Assembly: GCF_006345805.1 (NCBI RefSeq)
Contig: NC_042999.1
Coordinates: 54,746,001-54,810,000, forward strand
Direction: 5' to 3'
From: Octopus sinensis
Taxonomy: Eukaryota
Length of the DNA: 64,000 nucleotides
Part shown: one piece after another, positions 13,988 through 26,917 of the stretch
Layout: every line of letters begins with the position of its first letter
Position numbering within the stretch: the first letter of the stretch is position 1
The notes under the pieces: generated by a model
Database searches by the model: none
What the model was told of the DNA's origin: nothing
What the model saw: only the letters and a program-made list of their open reading frames with translations
Position numbers and translations under genes: made by a program

Positions 13988-14275
13988 ATTATTATTATTA
14001 TTATTATTATTATTGAAGATGTTGCATAGTATCCAATATCGTGACGTTATAGATTAAAGATATTGTGTCTACCGGAGGTTTGTACTGTCTGTCAAGTCAC
14101 CAAGGTTGTAGAATATTTCTGAAGTTTCCAGTTGTTTCTTCAGGTTGGGTGGTATTGAACCCAATGCTCCAATGACAATATGGACAACCTTTATGTTTGA
14201 CTCTCGTGACATCCACATCTTGGCGATCCTAATTCTCAGGTCTCCATACTTATCAATCTTTTCTCTTCATGATAT
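13988..14275 (-). mobile_element. R4/Dong-like LINE 3' fragment (restriction-like endonuclease end)
   Basis: Minus translation REKIDKYGDLRIRIAKMWMSRESNIKVVHIVIGALGSIPPNLKKQL, then a short 3' UTR ending in a (TAA)n tract. Confidence 0.8.
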
Positions 14276-16784
14276 TATTATTTTCTTCTTCCTCTAATTT
14301 TGTTTTCATTTCTTGCGGAAGCACTCACTGCCCTCTGCCAGTCGGCGAAAGGGTAGGTGGAAATTACTCGCAATATATATATATATAAATCTACTGGTGT
14401 GTAATATAAAGTAATATATAGAAACCTAGTGGTGCGTAAGAGCGATGACGTTTTCGGGGAAACTCTTGGCGTCGACGAAGATGAACTTAGCTGGTCTACT
14501 TCGGAGGAATTTCGGGCCCGGTACAATCATAGACAACTTCCAGAAATCCTTGGCCTGACAGTGCTACAAGGCAGAGCAGGCAGGGTTCCTCTGTTTAATG
14601 GCTGTGACGAAAGAGGATTGTTCGGTGGACGATGCTGAAAGGTTTGAGCAAAGACTCCTTCCTCTTCGGTCAAGCCCTCAGTGATATTTCTAAGTTCCAC
14701 TTGGAAAGGAAAGTGAGGATGAAGAGGGAAGATCTACGTTTTGAAATTTTTGAAAAGATGGGTGACGGTGGTAAAAACGGTCCTTTGCTAAATATGCGCA
14801 TGCAGATTGGAGAGCATGAGAGAGGGTTAATCCGGGTTCTGTAGGGTTCCTTGGTTGACCCTAGTCGGGGTTTCTTCATCAGGACTGCATCATTTGCGTC
14901 ATTACACGCTTTGTATACTTCTATCGAATTTCACAGTAATTTTTTTCCATTTCTTTCTAGCCATTTTTTATGTATATTGTTGCCTGTTCTTGTGATGTTT
15001 CCCTCATCTATGCCCTTATAGCTGATAAAAGAAATTATTATTGTTATTGTTGTTATTTACATCCAGGTGGGCCCAGATCGAACCAACCAATGAAGGTTTC
15101 ATATGGAACATGTAATTTTCAATAATATTGACTAACGGGACCCGTGAATATTCCACGGAATTGATAGTAAACCTATTGGGTTGTTTCTTAAAACTTTATC
15201 CAAAAAGCCTGAAAGCGTAGCCTGTGTTGTGTCTGTATCAAAAGATAGTCGCTCGTCTGCTTTTCATTGAAAAGTGAAGGAAATTGGAATACGATGATTA
15301 CATAATACACTTTATATACTTTATGCACAATTTTATGGACTTAATACACAGCACTCATAAAATAAATATTCACTCTTATTTTTCCATTTCCCCCATAAAC
15401 AGAAAAAATACATTTTAAAATTTACATGGTCACAGTTTGATATCTAGAAAACAAAACAAGGGTAAAAATTTAATGCAACATGGCATACTCTGAAAACCAC
15501 TTCGTTGGTAACTTATAAGCCAAGGCGATGGGTCAGAGACAATACACATTTCAATTTGCGTACTCCTTTCAATTCAATACTTCTTTGCAGACTAAGGTCT
15601 TCGACTAAGTTCTCCCTCTTCTTTCCCCCTGCTTGTCAGTGTTGATGACTTTAACCCTCATACTACATAATTTGTGAGCCCTTGAGAATGCAACAAACAC
15701 ATAGCTGACTATGGCCTAATACAGGTTCAGGCAAGAACTGCCCCACTTTATCAAATGTTTGCCCTTATGATTTATTGGTAGTCATTGCATATGACAGGCG
15801 AACGGGAAACTGGTTTCTTTCTAAAGTGAATGGCAAGTTAGGAATGAGCATGCGCTAAGTGATAGGTAATATAAACTTAGTTCAATTTTTTAAAAAATCA
15901 CTTTTCACTATGTACTCACCATCTCCACCTCCAACATCATCATCTCTCTCTCTATCTCTCTCCCTCTCTCTTTCTTTAATCTCACCATCAGAACATCACC
16001 CCTCTGCTAATATTATATTTCTTACTCCCTTGTGTTTTACTACCTTCAACTAACTTTTTTAACACGTAATAAATATTACGTCCCCCTTCTCTCCATCTTT
16101 TCTCTCTCCCTCTTTTTCTTTCCCTCTCTTTCTGCTTCACTCTTTGCCATATCCTCTTTTTCTCTCTCCCTCTTTCTCCCTTTTTTCTCTAATCACGTGA
16201 AACTGTTACCGACGGGCTAAGTAACGTAATGACAAGCAGAATTATTATAAGATATTTATTTAGTGTATCCCAGAACTACATTACTCAATGGGCCGCTAGT
16301 CGTTTTATATTAATGTTTTTTTTAGGAAAGTTATTTGACTGCTTTGATACCTGTACTCTGTAAGTCTTTAGCCACACACCCATCACATTTCAATGGTACT
16401 CTATTTCACTGTACTTCATTAATGTACATAATTAGTTCATTATCCTCAATTATTACTAATTGACCCGATCCGTTTTTGTTTAACACCAAGTCAACCCTGA
16501 ACCGACAGACCTATAATCAAAGACTTTCCAGATTATGAATATTCCATCTTTTTATTCACATAAATACATCAAGAACTTCAATTTCTAGTGTCAACCGCCT
16601 TTTTTTAATGTTAAAAGGTATGGTTTGAATTCGGGGAGATGTAGCTGCTATATCCAGCAAATCGTGCAACCGCTTATAGGCTACACCTCTTCATTTTTAA
16701 CTCGAGTCAGCGTCCGTGTGTATCAATGTGATTGTTATTTTTTTAATTTAATTCTGCATCAAGCGCATGCGTGACTTGTTTGGT

Positions 16785-17347
16785 AAGAAGTTTGCATCCC
16801 AACGTCATCGTTCCGGGTATTCAGTCCTACTCGTTGCACCTTGAGCAAGTTTCGACAAGACTTCCTTTTGTACCTTCCACTCAAATAAAAATCCCTTTTT
16901 TTATTTTTTTTTTACACAAACCCCTATTTTCGGCTACGGAGAATACGAATCTGCAAAAAAATTGGCAAAAATGGGCATTTTGAAATCATCCCACCCCCAC
17001 CCACCCAATTTCTTCATTTTTTTTTTTTTTACTTTTTTCAGATTTTTTTCTTCAAGCTTTGCGGAAAAATACGGAGATTATGATTCTGAAAAAAATTTCC
17101 AAAATTTTTTGTAGTTGGGGTTTTAAGGTTTGGGGAAAAAGTCGAAAATGAAGAAATTAGGTGGGGAAGCCGATTTTTGACAATTTTCAGGAATCTTCGT
17201 ATCCGAAAACGGGAAGTTTTTGGCAAAAAAAAAGGTGGGGAGAATGGGGGGGGGGAGGAAGTCTTTCCCAAGTTTCTTCTACTATAGCCTTTTGAGTGGA
17301 TTTGGTTGACGGAAACTGAAAAGAAGCCCGTCGAGATTGTGTGTGTA

Positions 17348-17380
<33 letters not shown>

Positions 17381-17585
17381 GTGTGTGTGTGTTATTGGTG
17401 TGTTTACGTCCCCGTAACTTTCGGCAGAAGTCACCGATAGAATAAGGACCAGGTTTTACAAAAAAAAAATGAATAAATAAATAAATAAAAGTATTAGGAT
17501 CGGTTCGTTTGCTTAAAATTCATCAAGGCGATACCCCAGCATGGCCGCAGTCTAACGACTGAAACAAGTAGAAAAATATAAAAGA
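16785..17585 (+). mobile_element. SINE family A interrupted by a MITE
   Basis: Head at 16785-16853; the body resumes at 17269 with caagtttcttctactatagcc. Confidence 0.8.
16854..17268. mobile_element. MITE with AAGACTTCC termini and 8 bp TSD
   Basis: TSD caagtttc at 16846-16853 and 17269-17276; ends gacaagacttcc / ggaagtctttcc; imperfect subterminal inversions. Confidence 0.75.
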
Positions 17586-18057
17586 TTACGATTATATAAC
17601 ACTAGCGATGTGGACAGACATCTCTATTGTATTAAAACAAGGACACTTTAACATTTATCAACACACACACCCTGAGGAGGGGGTGTGTGCGTTGCGAGCT
17701 CTGACATTGGAGACGAATCTAATAATACTTCTACTACAGCTGTATTCCTTAATACTTTTGCTCTGGTTTCGGTGTGAAGTCATCACCTTCTTTTCATTCT
17801 CCTCCTCTCTCTCTCTCTCTTTCCGCCTCCTCTTTCTCCTCTAGCAACCACCTCGCAGTCAGCTGGCAGCAACGTTTGGAGAACGAACAAAAAAAAAGAA
17901 AAAAAGAAAGAAAAAAAAACCTACGTTGGGCTGTTTTCGGTCTGGTTTGGTTGGAACCACCTGTGGATCACATGCTTCTACTTCTCATCTCGTCAGTGAA
18001 ACTTAAGTGGGACATATTTAGAGGCGCATATACAACCATTTGTAAATATGGCGTACG

Positions 18058-18088
<31 letters not shown>

Positions 18089-18139
18089 GCGCACAGATGT
18101 GTGCGTAATGTACACACCAACATCAGACATATATATATA

Positions 18140-18348
18140 CTCTTTATTCTTTTACTTGTTTCAGTCATTTGACTGCGGCCGTGCTGGAGCACCGCCTTTA
18201 GTCGAGCAACTCGACCCCGGGACTTATTCTTTGTAAGCCCAGTACTTATTCTATCGGTCTCTTTTGCCGAACCGCTAAGTGACGGGGACATAAACACACT
18301 AGCATCGGTTGTCAAGCAATGCTAGGGAGACAAACACAGACACAAACA

Positions 18349-18389
<41 letters not shown>

Positions 18390-18560
18390 CATATATACGA
18401 CGGGCTTCTTTCAGTTTTCGTCTACCAAATCCACTCACAAGGCTTTGGTCGGCCCGAAGCTATAGTGGTAAACACTTGCCCAAGGTGCCACGCAGTAGGG
18501 CTGAACTGGGGACCATGTGGTTGGTAGGCAAGCTACTTACCACACAGCCACTCCTGCGCC
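18140..18560 (-). mobile_element. SINE family A, full length
   Basis: Complete from tail (cttttacttgtttcagtcatttgactgcggcc) to head (cacagccactcctgcgcc). Confidence 0.92.
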
Positions 18561-18561
18561 T

Positions 18562-18617
<56 letters not shown>

Positions 18618-18806
18618 TGTATGACATGATGTGATATGACAGTGTGACAGTTACACAAATTTGTATATTTCTGTATTCGTTTAATTAAATGGGTTTTCTT
18701 TCGTTTTGACTCGAATGCTATAAACATACTACTCGGTAATTTCCATGAGCATTTGTCGTCTTGTCAACTGTCAGCTGCATGGACAGAGAAAGCTAATGGG
18801 TTGTAC

Positions 18807-18863
<57 letters not shown>

Positions 18864-19031
18864 TCTCTGTGCATGATAATGTTATAATCGTATAATGTGC
18901 AATGTGATAATGTGCAAATCGTATATGAGCGTTTTCCATAACGTGTCTGTCAATAACATGTTTAGTGAGCGCACACACACACCCAGTCATATATACCCGT
19001 CTTCCCTTCTCTGGATCTTTCCTTTTCCTAT

Positions 19032-19066
19032 GTTTCTGACAAAGAGCTCCGCTCGAAACGTTAAAC
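19032..19066 (+). ncRNA. Minimal type I hammerhead-like motif, core mutated (G8>A)
   Basis: gttt-CTGACAA-A-GAGC tcc GCTC-GAAA-CG-TT-aaac; stems I and II pair and stem III is the palindrome ACGT. Confidence 0.5.
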
Positions 19067-19254
19067 CCTCCTTCTTCCCTTCCTTCTTGAGCGTCCAATA
19101 ATACTATATTTGTTCCACGTCCTCGCGTTGTTGTTTTCTCTTTGTGCTTTGTGTTTTCATGTTTGGATTAACTATATATATATATATACATAAATGAAAT
19201 ATTCACAGTAAATAAACAACGACAGATAAAAAATAAACATGTGCGTATACAACC

Positions 19255-19430
19255 TATTTCTTTATTACCCACAAGGGGCTAAACACAAGGGGCTAAACTG
19301 CTACTTAATTTATCGACCCTTAAAGGATGAAAGGCAAAGTCGACCTCGGCGGAATTTGAACTCAGAACGTAAGGCTAGACGAAATACGGCTACGCATTTC
19401 GCCCGGCGTGCTAACGTTTCTGCCAGCTTA
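19255..19430 (-). mobile_element. SINE family B (internally deleted)
   Basis: Family core in reverse orientation. Confidence 0.85.
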
Positions 19431-19533
19431 CCGTATACAACCGGACGGGTGACAGGCACTGAGGGTCCCTACATCTTCATCAGTTATCAACCGAATGATA
19501 ATACTCAGTTTTGCACCATTAATGATGTGTGTA

Positions 19534-19564
<31 letters not shown>

Positions 19565-19715
19565 ATGAGAGAGGGAGAGAGAGAAATACTGCGTTTATGG
19601 TGTACTTGATCTTGGATCGCTCTCCTATCACAACTGCTATTAAACACTCTCTCTCTATCTATCTCTCACTCACTCACTCGCCCACTCATATTACTGCAGC
19701 GCATATTATTACTAA

Positions 19716-20065
19716 GGCGGCGAGCAGGCAGAAACGTTAGCACGCCCGGCGAAATGCGTAGCCGTATTTCGTCTGCCCTTACGTTCTGAGTTCAAATTCT
19801 GCCGAGGTCGACTTTGCCTTTCATCCTTTCGGGGGTTCGATTAAATAAGTACCAGTTACGCACTGGGGTCGATGTAATTGACTTGATCCGTTTGTTTGTC
19901 CCCTCTGTGTTTAGCCCTGTGTGGGTAGTAAAGAAATAGGTATTTCGTCTGCCGCTACGTTCTGAGTTCAAATTCCGCCGGGGTCGATTAAACAAGTACC
20001 AGTTATGCACTGGGGTCGACTTACTCCCTCCCCGCAAATTTCCGGCCTTGTACCTATAATAGAAA
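19716..20065 (+). mobile_element. SINE family B plus partial second unit
   Basis: Full unit 19716-19938; a second unit restarts at ggtatttcgtctgcc (19939). Confidence 0.88.
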
Positions 20066-20066
20066 G

Positions 20067-20097
<31 letters not shown>

Positions 20098-20189
20098 TCC
20101 TATGACGCTCATTCGTTTTTATTCCATGCTTCTTTCTTCTCATGCGAATCACTAAAACACATCTACCACACTACTGGCTCTTACTTGCT

Positions 20190-20370
20190 TACACACACAC
20201 ACACACACACATATATGATGGGCTTCTTTCAGTTTCCGCCAACCAAATCCAAGGCTTTGGTCAGTTCAAGGCTATGGTAGATGACGCCCAAGGTGCTGCA
20301 ATGTGAAACTGAACCCGTAACTATGTGGTTGGGATGTGAACTGCTTACCACACAACTTCGCCCGCGCCTA
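20190..20370 (-). mobile_element. SINE family A, 5' half
   Basis: gggcttctttcagtttccg...cttaccacacaac. Confidence 0.75.
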
Positions 20371-20395
20371 CATACCTCTTGTGTATAATATATAC

Positions 20396-20440
<45 letters not shown>

Positions 20441-21114
20441 TAGTCACTATAAACCCAATATTGTTCTACATGTTATCTGAGGTAATTGGAGAAGCAGTTT
20501 ATTGTAGAGAATTCCCTGGAGTGTCTTTTGAAAACTCTTGTAGTCTACCCCCCACTGTGCCGGCCGGGAGTATTACCCGATTCAAGCTACCTCTATCAGA
20601 CCCCACCGCCCTTATTGAACCTATACGATTACATAGTATGACTAGACTGCCGTTGTAGTGCTACTTCTGTTTACTACTACTACTACTACGACACACACAC
20701 ACACACACACTTATAGGCTTACATGAGACATACACGCGCACACAAACGTATACGGGTTTACAGGGAGGTTCACACATTAACATATCGATACATATACTCG
20801 CACCTTTTTTTGTTCATCTTCCTTTGAATCCTAAGAAGGTCTTGTGGATTTTTGCAGACCCTAATATCGCGATCATTTGTGGTGCATTAATTAAGGAGCT
20901 GCATTCTCCCCCCCCCACCCCTCAAGACCTCAAGTTCAGCCTGACGGGTTGGTGTGTATCCTATTGCTCTAATAACAACAGATATGAAGCTGAAAGTATA
21001 TCTTGGGAACTTGATTTGCAAATTCCTTATCAATGGTCCATAGACGTCGCCTTTCTCGTTTCTTATCACAGCATTGGTGGTATGCATGTATGTGTATCGC
21101 TTTGTTCGTTATCA

Positions 21115-21320
21115 TAAGGCCAGGGGAAAAGAATGTTGCGAAATGCCGATTACAGCCGTGGAAATATGGGATGCGATGACGAGTTGCACGGGGTGCAAAT
21201 CGCCTGATTTGGACAGTCTGCTCTCTAAGCTTTACTTCTATATGCCAGACTTGTTTTGCGGCTTTTTGGCAGATATCTACTACAAGTAGCAGCAAAACGG
21301 GAGAATTCCCAATTCTGTGA
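21115..21320 (+). pseudogene. L1/Tx1-like LINE RT N-terminal fragment
   Basis: ECCEMPITAVEIWDAMTSCTGCKSPDLDSLLSKLY...LADIYYK*QQNGRIP fits the pattern PIT..EI..A......KSPG.DG...EFY...G.LP. Confidence 0.7.
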
Positions 21321-21627
21321 GTCGAGTAGCGGTGGCACATAGTTCGATCCCGTAGGGCGGTATGTGGGAAAACTCAAATCTCATTGTGAGTGAAATTGGG
21401 TAGAGTAACTATGGAAACCCGTCTGAAGTTCGAAGGTCCCTACAATATCACTGTGTCTTGATCCGTCTTGCCTGAATATATTTTCTTAAAAGTTCACCTG
21501 TTCGTGGAATACATGGCGTATTCAGAGAAGGATCCGATCGAAGGATCGATAATACAATCCATACAACGATCAGTTGATCGAACACTTTCAATGCACATCA
21601 TCGAAACTAATCGAGGATCTATTTATG

Positions 21628-21668
<41 letters not shown>

Positions 21669-21768
21669 CGTGCCTGTTTATTTCTCTGTTGAAGGTTGCA
21701 GTATTGCGGTAATGTATCCAAAACAGTAGTTCCCAACCCATTTATTTAAATGCTTATCCTTATATATA

Positions 21769-21810
<42 letters not shown>

Positions 21811-21812
<2 letters not shown>

Positions 21813-22208
21813 TCTTACTCTTTTACTTGTTTCAGTCATTTGACTGCGGCCATGCTGGAGCACCGCCTTTAAGTCGATCAAATCGACTCCAGGACTTATT
21901 CTTTGTAAGCCTAGTACTTATTCTATCGGTCTCTTTTGCCGAACCGCTAAGTTACGGGGAAGCAAACACACCAGCATCGGTTGTTGGGGGGACAAACACA
22001 GACACACACACAAACACACATACATATATATATACATATATACGACGGACTTCTTTCAGTTTCCGTCTACCAAACCCACTCACAAGGCTTTGGTCAGCCC
22101 GAGGCTATAGTAGAAGACACTGACCCAAGGTGCCACGCAGTGGGGGACTGAACCCGAAACCATGTGGTTGGTAAGCCAGCTACTTACCACACAGCCACTC
22201 CTGCGCCT
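21811..22208 (-). mobile_element. SINE family A, full length
   Basis: Tail-to-head match to the other copies. Confidence 0.92.
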
Positions 22209-22221
22209 ATTCATGTATATA

Positions 22222-22792
22222 TAACCCAAGCTCATCAAAAAGAAGACTATAGTGACTGTTTGGTGGTGTGCTGGTAGATTCATCCACTATAACTTCTTAA
22301 AACTCGGAAAAACCATTAATGCAGGAACACATTGCCATGAAATTGCCAAAATGAGCGAAAAACTGCTACTCTTCCGTCCCAGACTGGTCAACAGAAGAGG
22401 GCCAATCATTCTTCATGACAATGCTCGACCACAAGTTTTACTAATGACGCTCCAGAAGTTGAGTGAATTTGGCTACGAAGTTCTTCCCCACCCAGCTTTC
22501 TCCGCAGACTTTTCTCCTAACGCCTACCACTTTTCCAAGTACCTTGATGGTTTCCTGTGAGGGAAGGAGTTCAAAAAATCAAACCAATTATGAAAGTGCA
22601 CTCAAAGAGTTCGTTCAGCTCCAGAAGACCAGATTTTTACGTTACCGGAATAAACAAACTTGTAATTCGTTGGCAAAAATGCCTTGATTGTAATGGTACT
22701 TACGAGTACTTCGATGAATACAATTTCCGAATTGTTGAAATATATTGTGTTGAATTTCATGTTTCAAAACGTTGCTTGCATTTTACTCAGCC
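22222..22792 (+). pseudogene. mariner (DD34D-type) transposase 3' half
   Basis: VTVWW...IILHDNARPQ...VLPHPAFSADFSPNAYHF, then frameshifted FYVTGINKLVIRWQKCLDCNG; stop and frameshift present. Confidence 0.9.
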
Positions 22793-23721
22793 TGCTACTT
22801 CTGTTTTCTTTCCTGTTTATGGCTCTTTTACTGTTCGCTTTTCTGTCTTTTTGTATTTTATTCTGTGAATCGAGTATTATCATAATAGCTGTATATTGGC
22901 CTGCAATGCTGTTGTAGCAGCATTGCAGCCCCCACTCTACCTCAAGGAAGACTGTCTGTAATATTTATTTATTGACAGCAAGTTGTTGCATGCATAGATT
23001 AACATTGTGACCACCTCCTAAGACAGTGCTGATGGAGGGGAGCATGTGATACCAACCATGTTATCGTTAAACGTATATTTGTGAAAATTTTTCCAACATA
23101 ATTCTTTACCAGAAGACAATGGATAATTAACTTTAATATTTTAATTATTTTTACAGCGAAACATTTATCTGTTATCACCACCACCACCACCAACATCATG
23201 TATGTATATATGTGTGTGTGTGTGTGTGTATAATGAGAAGGTGTGTGTGCATATATGTATGTATTTGTGTGTGTGTGTGTGCGCGCGCGTACGTATATGC
23301 GCGTGTATGTATCATACATACATAGTCTAACTTCGTTGTAATGAACTGTCCTTCTTTCGCCATTCAACCACTAATATATTCCACAAAACCATTCTCTTTC
23401 ACGAGGTTCCCACAAACCTTAACGCCTGACACAATAGTTACAAGATTAAAATTATCGCGAAAAGATAATCGTTTCTTTTTTTTCTTTTGTTTGTTTTTTT
23501 GTATTTATTTTCTTGAAAGCTATTGTGTCTGCTCAGGATTCTTGAAAAGCATTTAAAAAATAAAATAAATACGTATTTCATGGGTGGATGCTCGCAGAAC
23601 AACAGCGGGAATCCAAACAATGATGTAGATATTCATTCTTAAAACGTTCTAGCAAATTCGAACGTGAATATACTGATCGCTGTTGTTTTTCCTCTTCGGA
23701 GAGCACTTCCTCCCTTTATTC

Positions 23722-23957
23722 CAGTGACTCTCAACCTTTGGTTCTTATTTTATTCTACTGAACCTCCGTAATTATTCGATGAATATAAAAATCCTGTGGT
23801 ATTTTTAAAATTTGATATTGTTAGGAATTGTATAAAAAAAAAACTAAAATCTTTTGTCTATTGTAAAAGTATAAACAATTCATTGCAGATAAATTTTAAT
23901 TACAGAATCTTATGTTGACTCCTGGGGGCCAGATGGAACCCGATTCAGAACAACTGT
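23722..23957. mobile_element. Degenerate hAT-like MITE
   Basis: Ends cagtgactctcaacc / gattcagaacaactg; a related end gattgggaatcactg lies at about 29863-29877. No TSD recovered. Confidence 0.5.
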
Positions 23958-24199
23958 TTTAGAGGATATTTGTTCATAACATGACTCACCGGTGTAAGGG
24001 GGCTTTTGAGATGACATAATGTTTCGACCTTGTGTATCTCATCAAGTAAAAGCCATCTTGGAATGATGAATTTAATAAAAGCTTGTTTATACAAATCAGC
24101 TGACAAATATTTTAGACACCGCGGTATTTCGACCATATTATGTGTCTCCCCAATTAAGGCTATTCCATCGAACTGATGAATCGGACAAGAGCACGAGTT

Positions 24200-24530
24200 C
24201 ATGTTTATAGAAATCAGTCAACGAATGCGAAATGGCAGCAACATCTGACAAATGAATGTCTTTATGGAGGCCTGCCGGAAGTTAGCGAAAAGATCAAGCA
24301 AAGATGGTTACGTCTGTCTGGTCTCTGGAAGCATTCAAATTAGTTCTCGTCAAGCCCATTTCTTGGTGACGTAAGAAGAAAACGTCGTCATACTTACATC
24401 GACAAATTGATTGTAAACACCAACATGGGCTGTATGTATCCAGGATCTCGAGGTTGTGATGATGAACCAAGAAGTGTGGCGGGTGAACTTTGTTACTGCG
24501 GCCCTGATTGGAACCCGGCCATAAAAATAA
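24200..24530 (+). pseudogene. RTE-like LINE C-terminal fragment
   Basis: KWQQHLTNECLYGGLPEVSEKIKQRWLRLSG...HTYIDKL...QDLEVVMMNQEVWR. Confidence 0.75.
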
Positions 24531-25833
24531 TAGACGAATTATTTTCTAATGCATACTAATATCTGCCAGACTGATCATTTACGGAGTGCACACACTGACA
24601 GGCCGAACAATAGGGTATCTGTTACAGAAACCTTTATTTTAAATTTTACTCAAAAGCTATTTCTTTGTACGTGTTGGTAAATCGTTTAGCTTTTCTTCAA
24701 ATCTTGGCTTTTCTTGGTCCAATACCAGGATTATTGTAAAGACTGACTTAACTAAAACTTAGATCATATCAACACGGTACCAGATAATCGATTAGATATC
24801 AATAGTAAAATGTAGCAGCAACACGTGGTCGATTTAGAATTGACGAAGTTGTGGTAAAGATCTCTCTCTCTCTCTCTCTCTCAAATTAGATGACCAACTT
24901 AGTTACCAGGGACCTTATCTTCTCATTGAATTTTCTACATAGCGACAACGTTGACCAACATAGCAACGACAAGCTTGAATTAAATGAGATACGTCACATT
25001 AGGGTGTGAGGTAGCGAGGGAGGGAAGAGAGAAACCTGTTTAGACGAAAATCCACATTGTAGCGTTTATCAACGATGAAGTGTGGCCGTTGCTGACAGTA
25101 ACTCACCTGTCTGCTTTGCTAAATAGATATTTGATTAACACTGTCATTGCTTTGAATACAGGTGACAAGGACGGACGGTGCGGTGGGCAGTGATACGAGT
25201 TGAGTCTAGATAAATAAACTTGGAAAGGTATTTATTTGAGAGATCAAAAGAAACAAAGTTAGAGAGAGAGTGTGTGAGAGAGAGAGGGAGGGGGGTAGAG
25301 AATGGGTCTTTTCGTTTTGTTTTAAGGAAATCTTTCAAAGGGTTTGCTGTCCATCTCTTTAGTTCATTTCCTATAGAATCGGGCTGTTAATGTTTCAATG
25401 AAAAATATCATTCCTCAACCCCCTTTTTTTAGGTCCTTTTGTAACTGCCTTGGCCCACCTAGCAAGTAGGGAGCGGGGCGAGTTCTATTTTGTTGTGGCA
25501 AAAAGGTTACTTACAAGTCTTGAAATAGCAAAACCCATTTCGAGTGACATTAACCCGCCTTTAGTTTGTCCTCTGGCTCTGTCTGTACCGTAACTATAAT
25601 GTCAAGAACGTTTCAATCAGTAAAACACACAAATGTCCTAACACTTCGGCTAAACATTTACACCAATCAACTCCAACAACAAAAATGTGATGTCAGCGCC
25701 ACCTACTGTCTTTTCATTCTCATATTATTTGTTTATTGACTGAACACACCAACACTATACAACTTTCGCTCTGGGATCCAGTTCACCTGTCGCTTCATCA
25801 CACACATGCACACACCCATTTGATAAAGCGTGG

Positions 25834-26222
25834 GGCAGGCGTGGCTGTGTGGTATAAGAAGTTTGCTTCCCAACCACATGGTTCAGGGTTCATTCCCATT
25901 GTCTGGCACCTTGGACAAATAATTTTTTCTTCTAAAGCGTCGGGCAGACCAAAGCCATGCAAGTGGATTTGGTAGATGGAAACTGAAAGAAACCCATCGT
26001 GTCTGTAAATGTGTGTGTGTGTTTTGGTCCACCACAACTACTTGACAACCGGTGCTGGTGTGGTTACGTCCTCGCAACATTAGCCGCTCAACAAAAACAA
26101 GCGATAGAATAAGTACCAAGCTGAAGAAATAAAAATGCTGGGGTCGATTCATTGGACTAAAAATACTTCAAGGCGGTGCCCTAGTATGGTCACAGTCTAA
26201 TGAATGAAACAAGTAAAAGATA
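25834..26222 (+). mobile_element. SINE family A, full length
   Basis: gcaggcgtggctgtgtgg head through gaaacaagtaaaaga tail. Confidence 0.88.
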
Positions 26223-26305
26223 GAGGATATACACATGCGTATTTGATTAACACCCACAAATAGAAACAGAAACCTGCACATACATAAATATATACACACA
26301 GATTA

Positions 26306-26696
26306 GGAAGGAAGGAAGCACTCCGTCGGTTACGACGACGAGGGTTCCGGTTGATCCGATCAACGGAACAGCCTGCTCGTGAAATTAACGTGTAAGTGGC
26401 TGAGCACTCCACAGACACGTGTACCCTTAACGTAGTTCTCGGGGATATTCAGCGTGACACAGAGAGTGACAAGGCCGGCCCTTTGAAATACAGGTACAAC
26501 AGAAACAGGAAGTAAGAGTGAGAGAAAGTTATGGTGAAAGAGTACAGCAGGGATCACCACCATCCCTGTCGGAGCCTCGTGGAGCTTTAGGTGTTTTCGC
26601 TCAATAAACACTCACAACGCCCGGTCTGGGAATCGAAACCGCGATCCTATGACCGCGAATCCGCTGCCCTAACCACTGGGCCATTGCGCCTCCACT
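26306..26696 (-). mobile_element. SINE family C (tRNA-derived), full length with TSD
   Basis: Minus-strand A box tggcccagtgg and B box ggtttcgattccc; 11 bp TSD cacacagatta at 26295-26305 and 26697-26707. Confidence 0.92.
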
Positions 26697-26739
26697 CACA
26701 CAGATTAAACACGCATATATATACATATATACAGAGACG

Positions 26740-26917
26740 TATCCGGGTTTTAAAAAGTCAGTTAAAAAAAAGTCACGGTAATAAAGTCACATGAGTTTTG
26801 TCCGGGGTGGAGTTGTCCTTGGGGGATTTTGTCCGGATCCCATAAATTGTGACATTTTTCCTCTGACTTTTTGTTTCCTAGCCAAAATTGTGACTTTATT
26901 ACTTTTTTCCGGTCACC
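26740..26917. mobile_element. Small MITE-like element with inverted subterminal repeats
   Basis: Repeated aaagtca(c) on the left, (g)tgacttt on the right and ttgtcc repeats in the centre; superfamily not assignable. Confidence 0.55.

Noticed and set aside
14853-14888. Minus-strand CTGATGA-a-GAAACCC...GGGTC
   Set aside because: Stem II is absent and stem I is mismatched; at best a deleted relic.
15131-16252. Possible long Helentron-like element
   Set aside because: Only vague terminal motifs, with no second copy or diagnostic interior.
25104-25165. tcacctgt/acaggtga inversion containing taacactgtc (miR-8/200-like start)
   Set aside because: The interior does not pair as a pre-miRNA and the match stops after 10 nt.
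26620-26696. tRNA-like sequence (also other SINE heads)
   Set aside because: It continues into a SINE body with a TSD; no complete cloverleaf.
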